DNA from: Cyanobacteriota bacterium | GTDB taxonomy: Bacteria > Cyanobacteriota > Cyanobacteriia > Cyanobacteriales > Nostocaceae | Length of the DNA: 64,000 nt | NCBI GenBank assembly: GCA_046045965.1 | Contig: JBJOKS010000009.1 | Coordinates: forward strand, 1-64,000 | Direction: 5' to 3' | Shown: positions 59,009 through 64,000 of the stretch, one piece after another | Layout: each line of letters begins with the position of its first letter | Numbering within the stretch: position 1 is the stretch's first letter | Program-made: the position numbers and the translations under genes | The notes under the pieces: generated by a model | Seen by the model: the letters and a program-made list of their open reading frames with translations, nothing else | The model's database searches: none | What the model was told of the DNA's origin: nothing

Positions 59009-61210
59009 ATGACTAAGATAGATATTGCAACCGATGGATATTGTATAAATCAACTTATTCAGAGAATTAAAAATAAAATTGGCGATATAGCAGGAGAACA
59101 ATTAAAACAAACTGCTGTTGAAGTAGTCCAGAATTGTGTTGATGTCTACTCAAAAACTTTCGCATTTGGTGATGTTGGTGCTGATGGTACAGGTCTTGTG
59201 AGTAAGTCTCATAAGGGAAAAATAGCTGACGGTACTACCGGCTTAATTTACGGCAAAGTTCAAAGCGGTAAAACTAATACTACCATTGCTACATTGTCAC
59301 TAGCTCAGGCTAATAATTTCCGTTGTTTTATTGTTTTGACATCAGATAATACTTGGCTGGGTAAACAAACTGCTGATCGTTTTGCTAATCAACTTGAAGG
59401 TGGTCCTGTTGTTTTTAACTGGGAACAATGGAGAAATGATCCAGACAACTTTGCTAATAATCAATTAATTGACTACATACAAGATACTGGCGTTGTTTTA
59501 GTATCTACCAAAAATGTACGTCATTTAGATAATTTGCTGAAAGTTCTCAAATCTTCTCGTGCTAGTAGTGTACCTACTCTTATATTTGATGATGAGGCTG
59601 ATAATGCTAGTCCAAATACCAACGAAGCTAAACAAGCAAAAAAAGGAAAAGATGTAGTTCCAGATAGTGCAGTTTTTGAGAAAATAGGCAACATTCGTAA
59701 GGAAGTAGCTAATCATGTCTATGTACAAATTACTGCTACTCCTCAAAGCTTATTACTACAAAATTTAGATCATCCTTGTAAGCCTGTTTTTTGTGCTGCT
59801 CTCCCTAAACCTGGAAATAATTATATTGGCGGAGATTTATTTTTTGCAGATGATAGTAAATATTGTTGTACAAAAGTTGATCTTGAAGAACTAGATCAAC
59901 TAAAAAAACAAGGTGGTAAGATAAATCCTGGGAATAATTGGGATATTCCCCCAGGTTTGAGATTAGCTCTTTGCTGTTTCTTCTTAGGTTCAATATATAA
60001 GAGCCAAACTGCAAATAATCCAGATGCTAAATACTCTTTTCTTGCTCATATTGACCATAAGCGTATCACTCATAGCACTTTAGAAAAGGTTATCCGCAGT
60101 TTTGTTACAGAAATGGATAAGGCTATTAGAGGAAAAATATCTGTAGCAAAAAGAGAACAGGCTTTAAAATGGCTAAGTGAAGCATATCAAGAATTAAGCA
60201 GTACAGCAAATTTACCGCCATTAAGTGATTTGGTAATCCAGTTGGAGCATAAACTGAGAAATGCAATACCAAAAGTTATTGATGCCAGCAATCCTGATAA
60301 AGAACCAAAGTACAATTCTGGTATGAATATTCTCATTGGAGGTAATAGACTAGGGCGTGGTGTAACTATTGAGGGATTAATGATTACTTATTATGGACGT
60401 GATGCCAAGCAAAAGATGATGGATACAGTACATCAACACGCAAGAATGTTTGGTTATCGTCAAGAATTATTAGATGTTACTCGCCTTTTTATTCCTGAAC
60501 ATATTTTAGAAGATTTTCGAGCAATTCATGAAGCTGACGAGGGGATGCGTCAAGCGATTGGAGACGACCCCTACAATATTAAAATTACGCCAGTATGGGT
60601 GGGTCGAAAACTCCAACCTACCCGTTCTAATGTTTTGAATTTAGCAGACATTAATGCTTTCATACCAGGATCGCATATTTTTCCTCGTGACCCTTTGTGG
60701 AAAGCATCAGAAGTTAGCAGAAATGTGGAAGAGTTAAATAGGCTATTGGCTAATTATGAGAGTATAGGTGAGAAAGGAGAGTATCACGAAGTAGAAGTGG
60801 ACTTTCTTATCAAAATTCTTTCTTATATACAAAGCCGCTATTGTCCTGGATACTCCTGGAAAGATGACAGAGTTAAAGACTTGCTTGTTCAAATGAAGAC
60901 AAGAGACATCTCAAAGGGAAGGCTCAATGTTTTTCGTGGAAAAAAGGGTGAGGGACTAGATTTGACACGACAAGAACCGTCTGGATGGCTAGGTGTTGGT
61001 TTTCTCAATAATAGGGTGCTAAGTAAACCTAAAACTGAGTATCCAGATGTTCCTACTCTTTTACTTTACTATTCAAAAGGTGAGAAGAAAAAAGGTTGGG
61101 ATGAGCAACCACTTTATCTTCCAACATTAATTTTACCTAAAAGTAAATTTGTCTTCATGTTCAATTATTCTGATAAAATTGAAGAAATAGACGATAGCCA
61201 ATTAGAGTAA
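59009..61210 (+). CDS. Z1-domain protein with SF2 helicase-like ATPase motifs
   Basis: GLIYGKVQSGKT, LIFDDEADNAS, ITATPQ, ILIGGNRLGRGVTIEGL and QHARMFGYR. ATG 59009 is preferred over 58811. Confidence 0.88.
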   Translation: MTKIDIATDGYCINQLIQRIKNKIGDIAGEQLKQTAVEVVQNCVDVYSKTFAFGDVGADGTGLVSKSHKGKIADGTTGLIYGKVQSGKTNTTIATLSLAQANNFRCFIVLTSDNTWLGKQTADRFANQLEGGPVVFNWEQWRNDPDNFANNQLIDYIQDTGVVLVSTKNVRHLDNLLKVLKSSRASSVPTLIFDDEADNASPNTNEAKQAKKGKDVVPDSAVFEKIGNIRKEVANHVYVQITATPQSLLLQNLDHPCKPVFCAALPKPGNNYIGGDLFFADDSKYCCTKVDLEELDQLKKQGGKINPGNNWDIPPGLRLALCCFFLGSIYKSQTANNPDAKYSFLAHIDHKRITHSTLEKVIRSFVTEMDKAIRGKISVAKREQALKWLSEAYQELSSTANLPPLSDLVIQLEHKLRNAIPKVIDASNPDKEPKYNSGMNILIGGNRLGRGVTIEGLMITYYGRDAKQKMMDTVHQHARMFGYRQELLDVTRLFIPEHILEDFRAIHEADEGMRQAIGDDPYNIKITPVWVGRKLQPTRSNVLNLADINAFIPGSHIFPRDPLWKASEVSRNVEELNRLLANYESIGEKGEYHEVEVDFLIKILSYIQSRYCPGYSWKDDRVKDLLVQMKTRDISKGRLNVFRGKKGEGLDLTRQEPSGWLGVGFLNNRVLSKPKTEYPDVPTLLLYYSKGEKKKGWDEQPLYLPTLILPKSKFVFMFNYSDKIEEIDDSQLE

Positions 61211-61247
61211 TACTAAGCAAGTAATTAAAACCCTAAAAAAAGTAAAT

Positions 61248-61278
61248 GGTGGGTTATACTATCGCTAACCCACCCTAC
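61248..61278 (-). repeat. REP-like GTAG-ended palindrome
   Basis: The minus strand reads GTAG-GGTGGGTTA-GCGATAGTA-TAACCCACC, between convergent genes. Confidence 0.7.
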
Positions 61279-61293
61279 CACTGTATTTTTCAA

Positions 61294-62310
61294 CTACCTT
61301 CGATACTCATCCCCACAGTCACCAATTAACTGATACAAATCCCGCGACTGCTGCGAAACCGCATCTATCTTTTCCACATCCTCACCATCCAAACTAAACC
61401 CAAACACCCGCGCATTATCTTCTATATGTTCTGCAATTCCTAACCTAGCACCGACAATAACACCCCCTACTGCTGGCTGATTTAAAATGTAATTTACAGC
61501 CACATTAGCCATACTCACTTGATGTTTATCTGCTATTTGTTTGAGGCTAGAAAGTAACTCTTGAAATAATCTCCAACCACCCCAAGCATCAATCATGTTT
61601 TTGTATTTCTTTAAGCTGGTGGTATTCAAATCAAAACCCCGTGGTTCAGCTTGACCTAAATATTTTTCTGATAACAAACCACCGCACACACTACCGTATG
61701 TAAACAATTTAATATCATGTTCTTGACAGAACTTAGCCATATTTACCTGTGGTCTTCTGTCTACCAAGGAATACTGCACCTGGTTAGAAACAATCTTAAT
61801 TCCTGCTTCCGTGATAATTTGCAAATGTTCTGTATCAAAATTAGTTAAAGCTAAATGCTTAATTTTGCCCTCAGTTTGCAATTCTGCCATATATTTGAGA
61901 GCATCTAAATAATTAGGATCTCGATATTCCCACCAATGGAACTGCATTAAATCTAATGATTTCACATCCATTCTACGCAGAGAAATATTAATATTTTCCT
62001 CTACTATTTGTTTCGTCATCTTCCCCGGACGCGGAACCCATTTTGTAAAAGCTTGAATATTATTAACTGCTTCCTCTCCACGAGTTGCTATTAACTGACG
62101 ACGAAATTCACCAATAAAATCTTCCGCAGGTCCATAATGGTCTGCTAAGTCCCAAGTCGTAAACCCAGCATCCACATATTGAAACATGGACTCAATAGCA
62201 GCTTTCTGGTTTATCCTTCCATGTCCTCCAGAAACCTGCCACATTCCATTTAAAATTCGGCAAATCTTTAAATCAGGGGTAAATTGTAAATAACTTGATT
62301 CAGGTAACAT
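61294..62310 (-). CDS. Aldo/keto reductase
   Basis: GMWQ, DLADHYG, LDLMQFHWW, LTNFD and NQVQYSL. Start at ATG 62310 is likely because the longer ORF overlaps petJ. Confidence 0.9.
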   Translation of the reverse strand: MLPESSYLQFTPDLKICRILNGMWQVSGGHGRINQKAAIESMFQYVDAGFTTWDLADHYGPAEDFIGEFRRQLIATRGEEAVNNIQAFTKWVPRPGKMTKQIVEENINISLRRMDVKSLDLMQFHWWEYRDPNYLDALKYMAELQTEGKIKHLALTNFDTEHLQIITEAGIKIVSNQVQYSLVDRRPQVNMAKFCQEHDIKLFTYGSVCGGLLSEKYLGQAEPRGFDLNTTSLKKYKNMIDAWGGWRLFQELLSSLKQIADKHQVSMANVAVNYILNQPAVGGVIVGARLGIAEHIEDNARVFGFSLDGEDVEKIDAVSQQSRDLYQLIGDCGDEYRR

Positions 62311-62356
62311 GATATTTTTGATGTTATTGTTTGTGTTATTGTTGTTCTTGTTCTGA

Positions 62357-62692
62357 TTATTTCCAGTTGTTTTCTGCTTGTTCCAAAACATAAGCTGCGA
62401 CATTTTCAATTTCTTCGGTTGTCAACTTTTCTTTATATGCTGACATATTACTTTTACCATTAGTGACAATATTTGTAATTGCCTCTAAAGAATCCATACC
62501 ATATTTTTTCAGTGCATTCTTTTTTAAATTCTTACCTCTTCTAATAATATTACCACCATTGATATGACATCCAGCACAATGAACGCTAAAAATTTCCGCA
62601 CCATTTTGGGTATCTAAAGCGTTAGCAGGTAAGGTAAAATTGATTATCCACAAGCAAAAAGTGAATAATATCAAAATCATTAGTTTTTTCAT
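62357..62692 (-). CDS. petJ: Cytochrome c6 family protein
   Basis: Signal peptide, CAGCH haem motif, axial Met in NGKSNMSAY, and VAAYVLEQAE..W. Could be a c6-like paralog. Confidence 0.85.
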   Translation of the reverse strand: MKKLMILILFTFCLWIINFTLPANALDTQNGAEIFSVHCAGCHINGGNIIRRGKNLKKNALKKYGMDSLEAITNIVTNGKSNMSAYKEKLTTEEIENVAAYVLEQAENNWK

Positions 62693-62694
62693 TT

Positions 62695-62919
62695 TTATAA
62701 AGATTCAAAATCAGATGTAAAGCCTGGAAAAGTAGCGCATTTTTCTTGAAATTCCTCTGCATCGCTAACATCCTCAATTTTATATGCCATGATGCGCGTT
62801 CCATCTGGCATTTTTTTAGAAGATATCAATTCACCTTGATAATTTCCCGCCATCGTCTTAAATTCAGCACCATAGCGTTTCCATGCTTCCCCATCACAAG
62901 TGATATTTACTCGCCACAT
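62695..62919 (-). CDS. Small hypothetical protein
   Basis: 74 aa from ATG 62919; the stop lies 2 nt before the petJ start. Confidence 0.65.
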   Translation of the reverse strand: MWRVNITCDGEAWKRYGAEFKTMAGNYQGELISSKKMPDGTRIMAYKIEDVSDAEEFQEKCATFPGFTSDFESL

Positions 62920-63082
62920 AGTTAATTTCCGATAATTACCAGTGTTATTCATCATCTCATAATAAGTGACTTTGCACAAATCTAACTTTTGATTCTGCTT
63001 TTTCTATCTCCAGGAGGTGTGTAGAGAAAAAATCCTGTTTCATAATGACTATGTAGCATTATGATTATTATAAGGGTTAACA

Positions 63083-63877
63083 ATGACTAACAACATTAAA
63101 GAAAAAATCCAAGCTGATTTACAAGAAGCTAAAGCCACTGGACAATTAAGAACAGATAACATTAGAGAAATTGTTAAAACCGCAGTTTCTCAAGTTGCGG
63201 CTGAAGTCAAAGAAGGTTCTAGTGAGTTACGCACTTTAGTTAAAGATGCTGTTTCTACAGTAATTGACAATCTCCAAGATAAAGGTAGCGAAATCAAAGA
63301 AGAAGTCACAGCTTCTATTGAAGGTGCTTTAGAAGCAGTGAATAGTAAAAGACATGAAACAATTATTCAAACCCAAACTGAACTAAAACAAATTCAGGCA
63401 AAATTAGATAATGAAGAAGAACAACTTCAGCAAGAAGTTGAGGGAATGTTGGCAGAAATTCAGGATACAAGTCAAGAAAAGTCAGATAGTATTAAAAATG
63501 CGATCGCATCAGCTATTAATGCTATCCAAAACAGTGAAGAAGTTGCTTTATTGAAGAAACGCTACGCCCAATTGCAAGCACAATTAGCCATTATCCGTGC
63601 TAATTTAGCCGCACGTTATGGCGGACGTTCTGTAGAAATAAAAGAATATTTAGACGATGCCAAAACCTGGTATAATCAAGCCCGTCCCCAAGCGGAAAAT
63701 GTGGCTACACAAGTAAAAGAAAAACATTCACAACTGGATAATAAACTCAGTGAAGCAGGTGCAGCCATAGCGAAAAAAGAGCGTCAGTTAAAGCAAAGTT
63801 TGAGAGAGTTATTGTTAGCAACCGCTGATTTATTCAAAGATAAAGACTCTCATCAGCAACAGACGAATGTTAAATAA
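63083..63877 (+). CDS. Hypothetical all-helical/coiled-coil protein
   Basis: 264 aa, rich in Q/E/K/A, with amphipathic helical repeats and no catalytic motif. Confidence 0.75.
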   Translation: MTNNIKEKIQADLQEAKATGQLRTDNIREIVKTAVSQVAAEVKEGSSELRTLVKDAVSTVIDNLQDKGSEIKEEVTASIEGALEAVNSKRHETIIQTQTELKQIQAKLDNEEEQLQQEVEGMLAEIQDTSQEKSDSIKNAIASAINAIQNSEEVALLKKRYAQLQAQLAIIRANLAARYGGRSVEIKEYLDDAKTWYNQARPQAENVATQVKEKHSQLDNKLSEAGAAIAKKERQLKQSLRELLLATADLFKDKDSHQQQTNVK

Positions 63878-63887
63878 ATTTCTCGAA

Positions 63888-63920
63888 GTCCCCCTTTTTA
63901 AGGGGGATTTAGGGGGATCT
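63888..63920. repeat. Palindromic dispersed repeat GTCCCCCTTTTTAAGGGGGATTTAGGGGGATCT
   Basis: Same family as 12383-12415; the hairpin lies right after a stop codon. Confidence 0.8.
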
Positions 63921-64000
63921 AAAAATCCTGACTACGAACTTTTATTTTCAACTGGGAATACTTGAATTAATTGATAATCCTTCACCCTACCAATAACCCG

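Noticed and set aside
62311..62409. Asn-rich N-terminal extension of the aldo/keto reductase
   Set aside because: It overlaps the petJ 3' end and a low-complexity AAC spacer, so it is probably not translated.

Overview
AT-rich chromosomal DNA from a heterocyst-forming cyanobacterium (Nostocales, Anabaena/Dolichospermum/Sphaerospermopsis-like). The assignment rests on many HIP1 octamers (GCGATCGC), 7-nt STRR tandem repeats between genes, psbI, petJ and cyanobacteriochrome kinases. Most of the window is housekeeping and signalling genes: glgP, psbI, an LptD-like DUF3769 gene, phoD, murJ, a mannose-1-P guanylyltransferase, an LCP protein, two MscS genes, petJ, and several two-component and c-di-GMP genes. 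Accessory or defence-like modules are interspersed: (1) a BanI-like type II restriction-modification pair with both genes broken; (2) a higBA locus whose toxin is 5'-truncated at a palindromic repeat; (3) an Rpn-family nuclease with a probable internal RBS and ATG, followed by a free-standing copy of that C-terminal module; (4) a pair of AAA_35/STAND-like ATPases, one fused to GGDEF and one to a TM helix plus WD40; (5) an ABC-type ATPase with a TOPRIM-like partner; (6) a small unknown gene plus a Z1-domain SF2-like ATPase with no methyltransferase nearby. Other points are a probable far-red cyanobacteriochrome GAF, a 2-kb gene-free region with nested miniature elements, and an intergenic repeat inserted in frame in a DUF429 gene. 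No rRNA, tRNA, CRISPR array or intact transposase was seen. Family assignments come from motif recognition, not database searches.
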